NCBI GenBank assembly: GCA_963823035.1
Contig: CAWGKG010000007.1
Span: 96,001 to 160,000, forward strand
DNA length: 64,000 nt
Direction of reading: 5' to 3'
Source: an uncultured Gemmatimonadales bacterium
GTDB taxonomy: Bacteria; Gemmatimonadota; Gemmatimonadetes; Longimicrobiales; Gaopeijiaceae
Both the position numbers and the translations under genes were made by a program. The notes under the pieces were generated by a model, which saw only the letters and a list, made by a program, of their open reading frames with translations, had not been told where the DNA came from and made no database searches. Shown piece by piece: positions 34,164 to 47,011 of this stretch (position 1 is the stretch's first letter; each line of letters begins with the position of its first letter).

Positions 34164-35775
34164 TCAGTCTCCCGAGAGCGGAATGGTCTCGTTCACCACC
34201 GCCCCACGCGTCCCGAGTGTCTTCGTACGTGAGCCCCGCGAAGGCCGGCACGCGGCCTCCGAGCTGGGCGAAGGCGTCGGCCGCCGAGCGGGGGGCCGTG
34301 CCGCCCGTGACCTCGGCGAGGAGCGCCCCGAGCACGAGCCAGGCGGGCCGGGCGGTGCCCGGCGGCTGGAGCGCCGGCCAGAAGCGCTGCACCCGTCCCT
34401 CGAAGTTCGTGAACGTGCCCTCCTGCTCGGCGAACGTCGTCGCCGGGAGGACGAAGTGGGCCGACTCCGTCGCCGGGCCCGCCGCGGGCGCCGACGTACA
34501 CGTAGAACGAGGCGTGGGCGCCGAAGTCGGCGTCCTGGTCGGCGAGCGCGTCGCCGAGCACCAGGATCACGCCGTCGTGCCCCGCGACGTCCTCCAGCCC
34601 GCCGCGGCCGTCGTCGCCACCGACGCGCTTCGCGCCGATCGAGCTCGGCACCCGTGCCGTTGGGCGCCAGGTCACGGCGGCGTGCCAGCCCGGGGTAGCC
34701 CTTGAGCGGCACCTCGTCCTCGGCGCGCGCGCTGCGATAGACGATCTCCCCGCCGCCGAGCTGCGCGACGAGCGCCGGCCAGCGCCCCCAGGTCCTCGTT
34801 GGACGCGTAGGGCGAAACGACCGCCTTCACCGGCTTCTCGGGCGCCTCGGCGCCCGCGTCCAGGAGCGCGCGCAGCGCGTCCTTCCACCCCATCGCGCGG
34901 GCGGTCCCTCCGGCGCGCACGAGGGGAGCCTCGAGCCGATGTCCGTGGTTGATCCACTCGTAGTCGAGGCGGCCGTAGTCGCACATCCACCAGCCGTTGA
35001 CCTCGAGGTTCTCACGCGGCTTGATGCGCTGCACCAGGTTGTCGCGGACGTGGAGGTCGATGTTGCACCCCTGCGAGCAGTTCGGGCACACCGAGTGGAC
35101 GTGGTCCAGGTCCCAGGCGCGCGCCTTGTACAGGAAGTCCTTCGAGACAGAGCGCGCCCACGGGACAGATGTCGACGATGTTGCCGTGCCAGTACGTGCC
35201 GTCGAGGCCCTTCCTCGAAGAAGGTGTCGATCACGGAGCGGTTGCCCGCGCTCGACCACGCACAGACGGCTGTCCTGCTCGACCTCGTTCATGAAGCGCA
35301 CGCAACGCGTGCACATGACGCAACGGTCGCCGTAGAAGAGGACGTCGCCACCGAAGTCGTCACGCCCGAAGACCCGCTTCGGCTCCTTCGAGCGACCGTG
35401 CTTGGGACCCTCCTGGTGCACGTAGTCCTGGAGGTTGCACTCGCCCGACATGTCGCAGATCGGGCAGTCCAGGGGGTGGTTCACCAGGTAGAACTCGAGC
35501 ACCCCCTCGCGCATGTCGAGGGCCAGCTCGGATTGGGTGCGCACCACCTGCCCCTCGGTCGCCTGCGTCACGCAGGACGGCATGGGCTTGGGCGCGCCCT
35601 CGACCTCGACGAGGCACAGCCGGCACATCGCGGGAGAGGAGAGCCCGGGATGGTAGCAGTAGTGGGGGATCTGCTCGCCCACCTGCTTCGCCGCCTCGAG
35701 CAGCGTGGTTCCCTTCGGAACCACGACCTCCTGCCCGTCGATGGTCAGGGTGACGGTGTTGGGGGTATCAGCCAT
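34164..35775 (-). CDS. nuoG: NADH-quinone oxidoreductase subunit G (short form; several apparent frameshifts)
   Basis: IPHYCYHPGL..CRLCLV, NHPLDCPICD..GECNLQD, CVMCTRCVRF, CPNCSQGC; C-terminal fragment QRFWPAL. Confidence 0.88.
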
Positions 35776-35817
35776 GTGCGTCCTTGATGTTCTGAGCCGT
35801 CGCCGATCCCGTCGTCC

Positions 35818-37110
<1,293 letters not shown>

Positions 37111-37125
37111 GCGTTCGCTCCGGAG

Positions 37126-37782
37126 CTAGCCGGCGGCTTCCGCCTTGAGGTGCTCGACGATCCCCGGGACTTCGGCCGGGGTCACGTTCTCGAAGTACCG
37201 CGAGTTGATCTGGACACAGGTGGGGAAGCCGCAGGCGGCCAGGCACTCGGCCTCCACGACCGTGAAGTTGCCGTCCTCCGACGTCTCGCCCACCTCGGTG
37301 TCGGTGTAGCGCAGGAAGGCCTCGAGGACCTCGTCGGCGCCGCACAGGTTGCAGGAGATGTTCGTGCACACCTGCACCAGGTACCGGCCCACGGGGGCCT
37401 TGTTGTACATGGTGTAGAAGGTGGTCACGCCGCGGACGTACGCCGGAGCGAGGTCGAGCAGCGCGGCCACCTCGTCCATCGTCTGCGGGCTGACGTGGCC
37501 GCGAACCTCCTGGGCCAGGCCGAGCGCCGGCAGCAGCGCCGCCTGCTTGTTCGGATAGCGGGTGAGGATCTTCTCGAACCGCTCCCGATACTCGCCCTCG
37601 AAGAGCGGCGCGTCCGGTTGCTTGTCCGCCAGCATGTACGGGAAGGTGGCGGCTCCCGACGCGTGGCCGCCGTCCAGCGGCCGCTCGCCCACGAAGTCGT
37701 CGCCGCGGACCTGCTCCTCGGTCAGGTCGAACTCGCCGGTGTTGCCGGCCCAGCCGGGATTCTTGAAGGGAACGTCGCTCAT
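37126..37782 (-). CDS. nuoE: NADH-quinone oxidoreductase subunit E with N-terminal extension
   Basis: VTTFYTMY, VCTNISCNLCG, ECLAACG; start MSDVPFK at 37782. Confidence 0.92.
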   Translation of the reverse strand: MSDVPFKNPGWAGNTGEFDLTEEQVRGDDFVGERPLDGGHASGAATFPYMLADKQPDAPLFEGEYRERFEKILTRYPNKQAALLPALGLAQEVRGHVSPQTMDEVAALLDLAPAYVRGVTTFYTMYNKAPVGRYLVQVCTNISCNLCGADEVLEAFLRYTDTEVGETSEDGNFTVVEAECLAACGFPTCVQINSRYFENVTPAEVPGIVEHLKAEAAG

Positions 37783-39060
37783 CGGTCGATCTCCCCGAGG
37801 ACGATGTCCAGGCTGGCGTTGATCATGATCAGGTCCGCGATCAGGTGCCCGCGCGCGAGCCTCCCGATCGTCGAGATGTTCACGAAGGAGGGTGGCCGGA
37901 TGCGCCACCGCACGGGCTTGGTCCCGCCCTCTTCGGCCACCACGTACATCCCCAGCTCGCCCTTGGAGGCCTCGATCGGGAGGTAGCAGTCGCCCTCGGG
38001 GGCCGGAATCCCCTCCGTGATCAGCTTGAAGTGGTGGATCATGCTCTCCATGTCCGACATGCAGTCGGTCTTGGAGGGGAGGGAGATCTTGGGGTCCTGG
38101 ACGTTGATCGGCCCTTCGGGCAGGCGGTCGATCGCCTGGCGCAGGATGCGCAGGCTCTGGCGCATCTCCTCCATGCGGCACAGGTACCGGTCGTAGCAGT
38201 CGCCGTGCTGGCCGATGGGGACCTCGAAGTCGTACGTCTCGTAGTCGTAGTACGGCTGGTCCTTGCGCACGTCGTAGTCGACGCCCGAGGCACGCAGGTT
38301 CGGCCCGGTGAGGCCGCAGTTCACCGCATCCTCCGCGCTGATCGCGCCCACGCCCTGCATGCGGCCGATGAGGATCCCGTTGGTGGTCAGGAGCCGGTCG
38401 CACTCGTCGAGCGTCTTCGGCAAGGTGGTCGACGAAGTCCTCGAGCTGGGCGATCCACCCCTCGGGAAGGTCCGCCATCATCCCGCCGACGCGCGTCGCC
38501 GACGTGGTGATGCGCGCGCCCGTGAGCGCCTCGTGCAGCTTGTAGATCCGCTCCCGCTCCTGGAAGGTGTAGAGGAAGGGGGTCATGGCGCCCACGTCGA
38601 TGGCCGTGGTGCCCAGCCAGAGGAGATGGCCGAAGATCCGGTCCATCTCCATGAGGATGAGGCGCACCACCTTGCAGCGCTCGGTGACCTGGATCCCCAT
38701 GAGCTTCTCGACCGACATCACGTAGGCGCAGTTGTAGATCAGCGGCGCCAGGTAGTCCATGCGGTCGGTGAGCGGAACGATCTGGTTCCAGGTCCTGTAC
38801 TCGCCGAGCTTCTCGAAGGAGGAATGCAGGTAGCCGATGTGCGGCGTGACCCGGAGCACGGTCTCGCCGTCGAGCTCGCACAAGAGCCTGAGCACGCCGT
38901 GCGTGGCGGGGTGCTGCGGGCCGATGTTGATGAGCATGGGCTCTGTGTCGAGCGTCGGCTCCGGCACGTCGAAGGGAGCCAGGGGACTGGCCACCGGCGT
39001 TCCGCCAGGACCCATCTCCGGGCTACGCCCGACCGTGAACTCCACCGTCTTCTGCGCCAT
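37779..39060 (-). CDS. nuoD: NADH-quinone oxidoreductase subunit D (frameshift near 38425)
   Basis: NIGPQHPATHGVLRL, DRMDYL; second frame GPNLRASG, EASKGELG, DIVLGEIDR. Confidence 0.92.
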
Positions 39061-39080
39061 GATCTCGCTTTCCGGACTGC

Positions 39081-39782
39081 TCAGGTCTCCCGGTCGGGGG
39101 CGTCGTCCCCGGCCGGAGGGAGAGCCGCCGCTTCCTGGGGCTCCCGCCCGATCTCCATGTCGTGCGCCGAGTAGAAGCGGCTCACGTTCTGCGCCAGCGC
39201 GCGACGGGTCTGCTCGGCGCGGCTGAATCGTCCGCGCAGGGGGAAGTCCTTGCGCAGCGGATGGCCTTCGGCGTAGTCGAGGGGCATCAGGATGCGGCGC
39301 GGGTCCGGATGGCCCCGGAAGGTGATCCCGAAGAGGTCGTAGACCTCGCGCTCGAGCCAGTTCGCGGCCTCCCACAGAGGTACCACCGAATCGATCTCGA
39401 GGGCGTCGAGCGGAAGCTCGCACTTCACGCGCAGCGAGTGGCGGTGGGGGATCGACCACAGCACGTAGACCACCTGGAGCGGACGGCCTCCGCCGTAGTC
39501 GACGGCGGTGACGTCGCGCAGGAGGTCGTAGCGCTGATCGGGGTCGTCCCGGAGGAAGCCGAGGATCTCGAGGTTCCGCTTCGCTTCGGCGAAGATCACG
39601 TGCTCGTCGCCGGCCGCGATCCTGTGGCCGTGGACGGCGTCGCCGAACTTCTCGAGGAGGGCTGCCACCGAGGGGTGGCTGTGCGGATCCGGGGCCGCGC
39701 GGGTCTCCGTCGGGCTCGCCGCGTCGGAAGGAACCGGACCTTCGTCGACCGCGTCGAGCCCGCTCTTGGTTTCGTCGCTCAT
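39081..39782 (-). CDS. nuoC: NADH-quinone oxidoreductase subunit C
   Basis: ANWLEREVYDLFGITFRGHPDPRRIL, GHPLRKDFPL. Confidence 0.95.
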   Translation of the reverse strand: MSDETKSGLDAVDEGPVPSDAASPTETRAAPDPHSHPSVAALLEKFGDAVHGHRIAAGDEHVIFAEAKRNLEILGFLRDDPDQRYDLLRDVTAVDYGGGRPLQVVYVLWSIPHRHSLRVKCELPLDALEIDSVVPLWEAANWLEREVYDLFGITFRGHPDPRRILMPLDYAEGHPLRKDFPLRGRFSRAEQTRRALAQNVSRFYSAHDMEIGREPQEAAALPPAGDDAPDRET

Positions 39783-39786
39783 GGCC

Positions 39787-40464
39787 TCAGGGGAGGATGT
39801 CGTCGTCGGAGCCGCGCTCGGGCTGCACCCGCACGCCCGCGGAGATCTTCTCCTGTCGCGTCGAGTTCCCGAAGGGACCCGTGAGGCCGACCACCTCCGC
39901 GTCCGTGGCCTTCGGCTGCGCGACCCGGAGCGGGTCTTCCGCGCGGAGCGCCTCGTGGTTGGCCAGGGACTCCTCGCGGATCTTCTCCTGGATCATCATC
40001 AGCCCGTAGATCAGCGCCTCGGGCCGCGGCGGGCACCCAGGGATGTAGACGTCGACCGGGACGATCGTGTCGATGCCCTGCACCATGGAGTACACGTCGA
40101 AGATGCCGCCCGAGGAGGCGCACGCTCCCATGGAGATGCACCACTTGGGCTGCGGCATCTGATCCCAGATCCTGCGGAGCACCGGGGCCAGCTTGTAGGG
40201 CACCCGGCCCGCGCAGATGAGCACGTCGGACTGGCGCGGCGTGCCCACCATCCGCTCCATCCCGAACCGTGCCACGTCGAAGTTCGACGCGGCGGACGCC
40301 ATCATCTCGATGGCGCAGCACGCCGTCCCGAACGGCATGGGCCAGAGGGAGTTCCTCCGGCCCCAGTTCACGATGAAGTCGATCTTGCTCGTCAGGAAGG
40401 TGGGGCTTCCCGCGCCGAAGATCCCTCCGGACCTGGCGCTCTCACCGCCACCGGGCAGCTTCAC
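39787..40464 (-). CDS. nuoB: NADH-quinone oxidoreductase subunit B
   Basis: [39 protein letters not shown]; start is GTG at 40464 or 40470. Confidence 0.94.
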   Translation of the reverse strand: MKLPGGGESARSGGIFGAGSPTFLTSKIDFIVNWGRRNSLWPMPFGTACCAIEMMASAASNFDVARFGMERMVGTPRQSDVLICAGRVPYKLAPVLRRIWDQMPQPKWCISMGACASSGGIFDVYSMVQGIDTIVPVDVYIPGCPPRPEALIYGLMMIQEKIREESLANHEALRAEDPLRVAQPKATDAEVVGLTGPFGNSTRQEKISAGVRVQPERGSDDDILP

Positions 40465-40817
40465 TCCCACTCGAGGCCTCCCTTCTTCCATTCGTACAGC
40501 AGTCCAACCGCCAGAACGATCACGAAGAGCGTCATGGCCAGGAAGGGTCCCCACCCCAGCTGCCGCATCCGCACGGCCCACGGGACCAGGAAGATCGTCT
40601 CCAGGTCGAAGACGATGAAGCTGATCGCCACCATGTAGAACTTCACGGAGAAGCGGGCCCGCGCGTCGCCGAGCGGAATCATGCCCGATTCGTAGGGCAT
40701 TTCCTTCTGGGGCGTCGGTCGCCGCGGGTTCAGAATGTGCGACGCGATCACCATCCCAAACGCGGTCGCCAGCGAAACACCGAAGAGCAGCAGGAGGGGC
40801 AGATACGCACCCGACAT
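40461..40817 (-). CDS. nuoA: NADH-quinone oxidoreductase subunit A
   Basis: [31 protein letters not shown]. Confidence 0.95.
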   Translation of the reverse strand: MSGAYLPLLLLFGVSLATAFGMVIASHILNPRRPTPQKEMPYESGMIPLGDARARFSVKFYMVAISFIVFDLETIFLVPWAVRMRQLGWGPFLAMTLFVIVLAVGLLYEWKKGGLEWE

Positions 40818-40831
40818 TTTGCCGCCAGAGT

Positions 40832-40849
40832 TTGTGAAATCGGTCACTT
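40832..40849. promoter_or_regulatory. Rex/CRP-like box in the nuoA leader
   Basis: TTGTGAA-ATCG-GTCACTT, compared with Rex TTGTGAA-N4-TTCACAA and CRP TGTGA-N6-TCACA. Confidence 0.45.
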
Positions 40850-40859
40850 GGGACGGGAA

Positions 40860-40889
40860 AAGGTACCGGAACGCGAGGAGGAGTGTCAA
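40860..40889 (-). promoter_or_regulatory. Sigma70-like promoter of the nuo operon
   Basis: TTGACA-N18-TACCTT. Confidence 0.6.
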
Positions 40890-40927
40890 GCGAAGCGCGT
40901 CCGTATTTTTCCTGATTTTCCACGGGT

Positions 40928-40957
40928 TTGCACGAGCCTCGCGGGGACTCCTATGTT
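40928..40957 (+). promoter_or_regulatory. Sigma70-like promoter for dcd
   Basis: TTGCAC-N18-TATGTT. Confidence 0.45.
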
Positions 40958-41035
40958 GCCGGCGCCCCGCCCCGCCCCACCGGGTCCCGGCGGGCCGCTG
41001 GGAGCCCTCAGAAACCCCCTTGGAAGACCGGCCAG

Positions 41036-41590
41036 ATGCCCATCAAGAGCGACAAGTGGATCCGCCGCATGGCGACCGAGCACGCGATGATCGAGCCCTT
41101 CGAGGCGGGTCAGGTCCGCGACGGGGTGATCTCCTACGGTCTGTCGTCCTACGGCTACGACATCCGGGTCGCGCCCGAGTTCAAGGTCTTCACGAACGTG
41201 CACAACGTGATCGTGGACCCGAAGCACTTCGACGACCGCTCGTTCGTCGACATCCACGAGCAGGAGTGCATCATTCCGCCCAACTCCTTCGCGCTCGCCC
41301 GCACCCTCGAGTACTTCCGCATCCCGCGGGACGTGCTGGTGGTGTGCCTGGGGAAATCGACCTACGCACGTTGTGGGATCATCGTGAACGTGACCCCGCT
41401 CGAGCCGACGTGGGAGGGCCATCTGACGCTGGAGATCTCGAACACCACGCCGCTGCCCGCGAAGATCTACGGAGGTGAGGGCATCGCCCAGCTCCTCTTC
41501 TTCCAGGGGGACGAGGAGCCCGAGATCGCCTACGCCGACCGCAAGGGGAAGTACATGAAGCAGGTGGGCGTCACGCTTCCGAAGATGTGA
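41036..41590 (+). CDS. dcd: dCTP deaminase
   Basis: [45 protein letters not shown]. Confidence 0.95.
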   Translation: MPIKSDKWIRRMATEHAMIEPFEAGQVRDGVISYGLSSYGYDIRVAPEFKVFTNVHNVIVDPKHFDDRSFVDIHEQECIIPPNSFALARTLEYFRIPRDVLVVCLGKSTYARCGIIVNVTPLEPTWEGHLTLEISNTTPLPAKIYGGEGIAQLLFFQGDEEPEIAYADRKGKYMKQVGVTLPKM

Positions 41591-41594
41591 GGGA

Positions 41595-42042
41595 TCACCA
41601 CACCTCGAGCAGGTCGACCTCGAACACCAGGGTGGCACTGCCCGGAATCGAGCCGCGGCCCTGCTTCCCGTATCCGAGGTCGGGCGGAATGACCAGTCGA
41701 CGCTTCCCCTCGGCCTTCATGCCGATGACGCCCTCGTCGAATCCGGGGATGACGTCGCCGGCCCCCAGCCGGAAGGGGAAACTCCCCGAGTCGAACAGGG
41801 TCCCGTTGGACAGCCACCCGGAGTAGGTCACGCGCGCGCTGTCCCCCGCCGCGGCCGTCGCTCCCGTACCGACCGCCAGCTCCTGGTAGTAGAGGCCGGA
41901 GCTCGTCCGGGTCATCGCGGAGACGTCGATCCCCAAGGCTGTCGTCGAACTCGGGCAGCGAGTACGGGTCGCTCCCGCACGCGCCCAGGGCGAGCCCCAG
42001 GAGCAGGGTGCCGGCGAAGCGAAGGGAGCTCCTGGTCTTCAT
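41595..42042 (-). CDS. FKBP-type peptidyl-prolyl isomerase lipoprotein (frameshift near 41935)
   Basis: Lipobox LGAC in the upstream frame; SGLYYQEL, YSGWLSNGTLFDS, VIPGFDEG, IPPDLGYG, LVFEVDLL. Confidence 0.85.
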
Positions 42043-42184
42043 GGCCCGAATCCTCGTGGTGGGGTCGGGGCAGGCGACACCGCCGATCCCCTCGTACGTG
42101 GGCTGACGCCTCGTCGGCCGCGCGAAGGGGATACGGTCGCGGGATGGGGCGCTTTCGTCCAGCCTCGCTCCCCACCGGCGACGC

Positions 42185-42814
42185 TCAGCCCGGACGGCCC
42201 TCCAGGAGGGCGAGGACGCCGAGCCCGGCGTAGATCCCGGCCGAGAGCCAACGCCGCGCGCGCCGCGCGCCGGGCGTGCGCAGCAGCCGGCCCGCGCGAC
42301 CGCCCAGGAACGCGTACATCGTGTCCGTGCACGCAGCCAGGCACAGGAATCCCGCTCCGAGCGCGAGGACCTGCAGGCGCGGATCGCCGTGCCCGGGCTC
42401 CACGAACTGGGGAAGGAAGGCCAGGAAGAAGAGCGCGGACTTGGGGTTGAGGAGGTTGACCATGAGGCCGCCCCGGTACAGCTCGGCGCTCCGCCGAAGG
42501 GGTCGAGCCCCCTCGCCATCGGCCGGCTCCGGCGCCGAGATCTCCTTCCACGCGAGGTAGAGGAGGTAGGCCGCGCCGGCCCAGCGCAGCGCCGTGAGCG
42601 CCGACGGGGAGGCCGCCAGGAGCGCCGTGATGCCCACCACCGCGGCCAGCATGTGCACGACACCGCCCGTGACCAGGCCCATCGCGGAGAGGATGCCCGC
42701 GCGCGGCCCCTGCTCCATGCTGTTGCCCACCACGTAGAGCACGGCCGGACCCGGCGTGAGGAGGAGGGTGAGGGAGGCCGCCACGAAGAGCCCCAGGGCG
42801 TGGCCGTCGATCAC
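42185..42814 (-). CDS. LysE/RhtB family exporter
   Basis: TPGPAVLYV, GAAYLLYLA, NLLNPKSALFFLAFLPQF. Confidence 0.92.
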   Translation of the reverse strand: MIDGHALGLFVAASLTLLLTPGPAVLYVVGNSMEQGPRAGILSAMGLVTGGVVHMLAAVVGITALLAASPSALTALRWAGAAYLLYLAWKEISAPEPADGEGARPLRRSAELYRGGLMVNLLNPKSALFFLAFLPQFVEPGHGDPRLQVLALGAGFLCLAACTDTMYAFLGGRAGRLLRTPGARRARRWLSAGIYAGLGVLALLEGRPG

Positions 42815-42841
42815 GTCAGGGGCCCGACGGACGGCGGCCCA

Positions 42842-43327
42842 TCAGCGGACGTCCAGGAGCTGGACGTCGAACACGAGCGTGGCGTAGGGCGGGATCACTC
42901 CGCGTCCGCGTGCCCCGTACGCCAGCGACGGCCGGATCACCAGCCGGCGCACACCGCCACGCTTCATCCCGGGGATTCCCTGGTTCCACCCCCTGATGAC
43001 CTCGCTCCCGCCCAGGCGGAACTGGAAGGGCTCCCCGTCTCCGGTGGTGTCGAAGACCGTGCCGTCGGGAAGGTAGCCGACGTAGCGCAGGGTCACGAGG
43101 CTGGCACGCTGCGCCGTGAAGCCCTCCCCCTCCCGCAGGTCCTGGACGTAGAGGCCGCTCGCGGTGCGCACCATGCGCGTCAGGTCGACCTCGAGCTCCG
43201 GCGCGAAGGTGATCGCCTCCGGTTCCACGGGCCCCGCCGGCGCGGGTGGCGCACCGGCGCACGCGGCGAGGGAGCCGAGTGCCGTGAGGCCGAGGAGGAG
43301 CCGTCCCGGGCGGGAGGCACGCGTCAC
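42842..43327 (-). CDS. FKBP-type peptidyl-prolyl isomerase lipoprotein
   Basis: Lipobox LAAC; SGLYVQDL, YVGYLPDGTVFD, VIRGWNQG, LVFDVQLL; GTG start at 43327. Confidence 0.88.
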   Translation of the reverse strand: MTRASRPGRLLLGLTALGSLAACAGAPPAPAGPVEPEAITFAPELEVDLTRMVRTASGLYVQDLREGEGFTAQRASLVTLRYVGYLPDGTVFDTTGDGEPFQFRLGGSEVIRGWNQGIPGMKRGGVRRLVIRPSLAYGARGRGVIPPYATLVFDVQLLDVR

Positions 43328-45114
43328 GAGGCGCTCCTCTCGAACACCACGCGTCCACCGACGACGGTCAGCATCACGCGCACGTCCTTCAGCGCGGTCG
43401 GGTCGACCTCGAGCGGATTCTCCTCCAGAACGGTGAGGTCCGCCAGGAAGCCCGGCTTCAGACGGCCCAGCTCGTCCTCCATCATCCCGACCCAGGCGTT
43501 GTTCACGGTGTAGGCCTTCAGCGCGCTCTCCGCGTCGATGCGCTCCTCGGGGAACCACCCACCCGCGGGCATGCCGTCGAGCGTCTCGCGGGTCACGGCG
43601 GCGTACATCCCCTGGAGGGGGTTCACCGTGTACCAGGCGGCGTTCGTGCCGGGCCAGTCCGAGCCGAAGGAGAGCAACACGCCGGCCTTCTGCAGCGTGG
43701 CGAAGGCGTACGCCCAACGGGCCCGGTCATCGATGCGCTCCTCCATCCAGCGCATGTCGTCGATGGTATGGTACGGCTGCATCTCGGCGATGATGCCGAG
43801 TCGGGCCTCGCGCTCGGCGGTCTCGGGGCCGCGCAGCACCTGGTTGTGGATGATCGCGAAGCGCCGCCCCTCCCGCGGGCCGTTCACGCGCTGCACCTCC
43901 TCGTAGATGTCGAGGATGGCGTCGATCGCCTCGTCGCCGATCGCGTGCACGCGCGGGTTGAAGCCCGCCGAGTCCGCGCCGAACACGAGGCGGCGCATGT
44001 TGCCGTCCGGCATGTAGCCGGAGCCGTTCGCGGTCACGTAGCCCGTGTTCGTCGCGTCGCGCCACGAGCCGCGCACGCCTGTGGTGAGGTAGGGCTCGTA
44101 GAAGCGGGCGGAGGAGTTCCCCATGATGCCGTCCATGAAGCCCTTCAGCCCCTGGTAGCGGATCCATTCGTCGCCGAAGCCCTCGGTGATGCCCGTGTCG
44201 CGCATCTCGTCCCACGTGTCGACCACCAGGCGCATGTTCACCCGGGCCGTGAGCTCCCCGCGGACACGCAGGCGGTGGTAGACCTCGACCTGGTCGGGCG
44301 GCGTGATGTCGAAGAAGGTCGTCACGCCGTATTGCGCCATGTCGGCCAGTGCCGCGCGCGCCTCGGCCAGCTTCTGGTCGATCGTCTTCGGCGGGATCGC
44401 GGCCTGCACGCGGCCCACCGCCGCCCCGCTCAGTCGCCCCGTGGGCGCGCCGCCCTCGCACTCGACGCCGCCCCAGGCGCACGTGGCGCCCGCCGCCTCG
44501 AGCGCGGCCCCGTTGGCGAGCACCTGAGAGCGGTCCCAGTTCCAGAGGAGCGCCGGGTTCGCGGGCGACACGGGATCGACGAGCGCGCGGTCCGGGCGGA
44601 AGGGCTCGGCCGGGGCCCTGCGCTCTTCGTCGGCGCCCGTGGAGGACTGCGCCCACTGCGCGTATGCGCCCCACATGCCACCGACCATCCACGCTCCGTC
44701 CGGCAGCCGCTCGGCGGTCCGGCGCACCGCGTCGACGAGACCGTCGGCGTCGCTCACCTCCAGGAGGTTCACGCCGAGAAGGAGCTCTCCCGCGCGGTTG
44801 AAGTGCGTGTGGTTGTCGATGAAGCCGGGCGAGACGAAGCGGCCGCCGAGCGACCGCACGTCGGTGCGCGGGCCGGCCAGCGCCATCACCTCCGTGTCGC
44901 TGCCGACCGCGACGATCCGCTCCCCACGCACGGCCACGGCCTCCGCCCACGCCGAGGCCTCGTCGCCCGTCCAGACGCGCCCCGACCGGAGGATCAGATC
45001 CGCGGGCACCTCGGCGCCGTCGCGCCCACCGCCGCAGGCTCCCGGGCCCAGCGTGACGGTCAGGAGGAGGAGACGGAAGGCGTGACGACGCGGGGAACGG
45101 CGAAGGGGCCGCAT
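43324..45114 (-). CDS. Exported amidohydrolase (YtcJ/Amidohydro_3-like)
   Basis: Signal/lipoprotein-like N-terminus; PGFIDNHTH, KGFMDG, HAIGD, FGSDWP, GRLKPGFLAD. Confidence 0.88.
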   Translation of the reverse strand: MRPLRRSPRRHAFRLLLLTVTLGPGACGGGRDGAEVPADLILRSGRVWTGDEASAWAEAVAVRGERIVAVGSDTEVMALAGPRTDVRSLGGRFVSPGFIDNHTHFNRAGELLLGVNLLEVSDADGLVDAVRRTAERLPDGAWMVGGMWGAYAQWAQSSTGADEERRAPAEPFRPDRALVDPVSPANPALLWNWDRSQVLANGAALEAAGATCAWGGVECEGGAPTGRLSGAAVGRVQAAIPPKTIDQKLAEARAALADMAQYGVTTFFDITPPDQVEVYHRLRVRGELTARVNMRLVVDTWDEMRDTGITEGFGDEWIRYQGLKGFMDGIMGNSSARFYEPYLTTGVRGSWRDATNTGYVTANGSGYMPDGNMRRLVFGADSAGFNPRVHAIGDEAIDAILDIYEEVQRVNGPREGRRFAIIHNQVLRGPETAEREARLGIIAEMQPYHTIDDMRWMEERIDDRARWAYAFATLQKAGVLLSFGSDWPGTNAAWYTVNPLQGMYAAVTRETLDGMPAGGWFPEERIDAESALKAYTVNNAWVGMMEDELGRLKPGFLADLTVLEENPLEVDPTALKDVRVMLTVVGGRVVFERSAS

Positions 45115-45201
45115 GGCTTCTCTCCTGCGCGGGACGGGGAAGGGTCAGACTACCCGCCCCCTCCGGGCCCGAGCAAGCACCCGCGTCCGCCTGCGGGGGC
45201 G

Positions 45202-47008
45202 CTACGCCTCTCCCGGGAGCAGCCCCTCGTTCGCCACGAGCCACTCCGACACGCGCGCCCGCGTGGCGACCAGGGCCGCCGGCACCGGGAGGAGCGCGTC
45301 GATCTCGGCGAGGCGCCTCGCGCCGTCCTCGCCGGGATGCGTCTGGCCGAGCACCGTTCGGGCCTCCGCCCGAACACGCTCGGCCGAGCGGTCGAGCACG
45401 AGCGCCGCGAGCGCCGTGCGCACGGCCCGCTCCTCCTCGGTGCCGGCGTCCGCCAGCTTCGCCACGCGCAGCGCGACGCTTTCCGCCGCGTAGACCTCCA
45501 TCGCCACGTCCGCGAGTGAGGCGAGATACTGCTGGAGGTCCGGATCGGCGAGCTTCTCGGCTCCCACCCGGGAGACGATCTCCTCCATGAGCATGAAGTA
45601 GATCCGCTTGAGGGCGGCGACGCTCTCCAGCGTCCCGGACACCCCGCCCTCGAGCCCGTCTCCGCGCGCGAGCTTCTTCATCGCGTGCAGCCGCTTGAGC
45701 GCGTCGATCCCCTTGGCGAGGGCTCCACCCCCGGACGCGCGTGCGAGCTTCCGGAAGATCGTGCGCTGCGCGTACAGGCGGCAGATCTCGTTGGTGCCCT
45801 CGTAGATGCGCGAGATGCGCGAGTCACGGTACATCCGCGCCGGCTTGTACTCCTCGCTGAAGCCGTAGCCGCCGAACACCTGCACGGCCTCGTCCGCGTT
45901 CCCGTTGTACGCCTCCGACCCGTAGACCTTGGCCAGCGCGCATTCCACGGAGAACTCGGTGAGCGTATCCAGCCGATCCTGCCCGCCCCCACCCCCCGCG
46001 GCCTTCAGCCGCTCGAGCGCATGGTAGACGAGGCCGGCCGTGCGGTACGCCACCGACTCCGCGGCATACGCGCGGGCGCCCATGTCGGCGAGCTTGCGCT
46101 GGATCAGACCGAACTTCGCGATCGGCAGCCCGAACTGGACGCGGCCGGCGGCGTACTTCGATGCCTCCTCCACGGCCACCTTGGCGCCGGTGGCGGAGCT
46201 CGCCGACAGCTTGAGCCTCCCCATGTTCAGCGTGCAGAAGGCGACCTTGTGGCCCCGCCCCACCTCGCCCAGCACGTTGCCGACCGGGACGCGTACGTCG
46301 TCCAGCGACACCGCGCACACGGCCGACCCGTGCTGCCCGAGGAGTCGCTCCGGCTCCGCGACGGTCAGCCCGGGCGTGTCACGCTCGACGAGGAAGGCCG
46401 TGAAGTGCTCACCGTCGATCTTGGCGAAGAGCACGAAGAGGTCGGCCCACAGCGCGTTGGTGATCCACTGCTTGGCGCCGTTCAGGACGTAGTGCGTGGC
46501 GCCTTCGTCGAGGACCGCGCGCGTGCGGATGTTCATGGCGTCCGAGCCCGTGCTCGGCTCGGTGAGCGCGAAGGCGGAGAGGACGTCGCCCTCCATGCAC
46601 CGGCCCAGGTACTTCTCCTTCTGCTCCGGCGTGCCGAAGTAGACGAGCGGTAGCGTGCCGATCCCCTGGTGGCCCAGGATCATCGGGCCCGAGCGGGCCC
46701 ACCTCGGCACGGCTGGAGAGCATCCCGGTCACCGCCAGGACGTTCAGGTCCATCCCCCCGTCCGCCTCGGGCACCTCGGCCATGAACAGCCCGAGCTCGG
46801 CGGCCTTCTTGAAGAGCGCGCGCGAGACCTCGGGATCACGTTCCATCAGGCGATCCATCTTCGGCGCGACCTCGCGCTCGGCGAAATCCTCCACCGCCCG
46901 CACGAGCATGCGCTCCTCTTCGCCGAGGTCGTCCGGAACCACGACGGCCTCGGGATCGGTGGGGCCGGTGAGGAACGACGCCCCCGCGTCCGCGTCGCGC
47001 TCGGTCAC
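45202..47008 (-). CDS. Acyl-CoA dehydrogenase, long form (frameshift near 46695)
   Basis: FALTEPSTGSDA, LNGAKQWITN, QVFGGYGF, RIYEGTNEI. Confidence 0.9.
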
Positions 47009-47011
47009 GGG

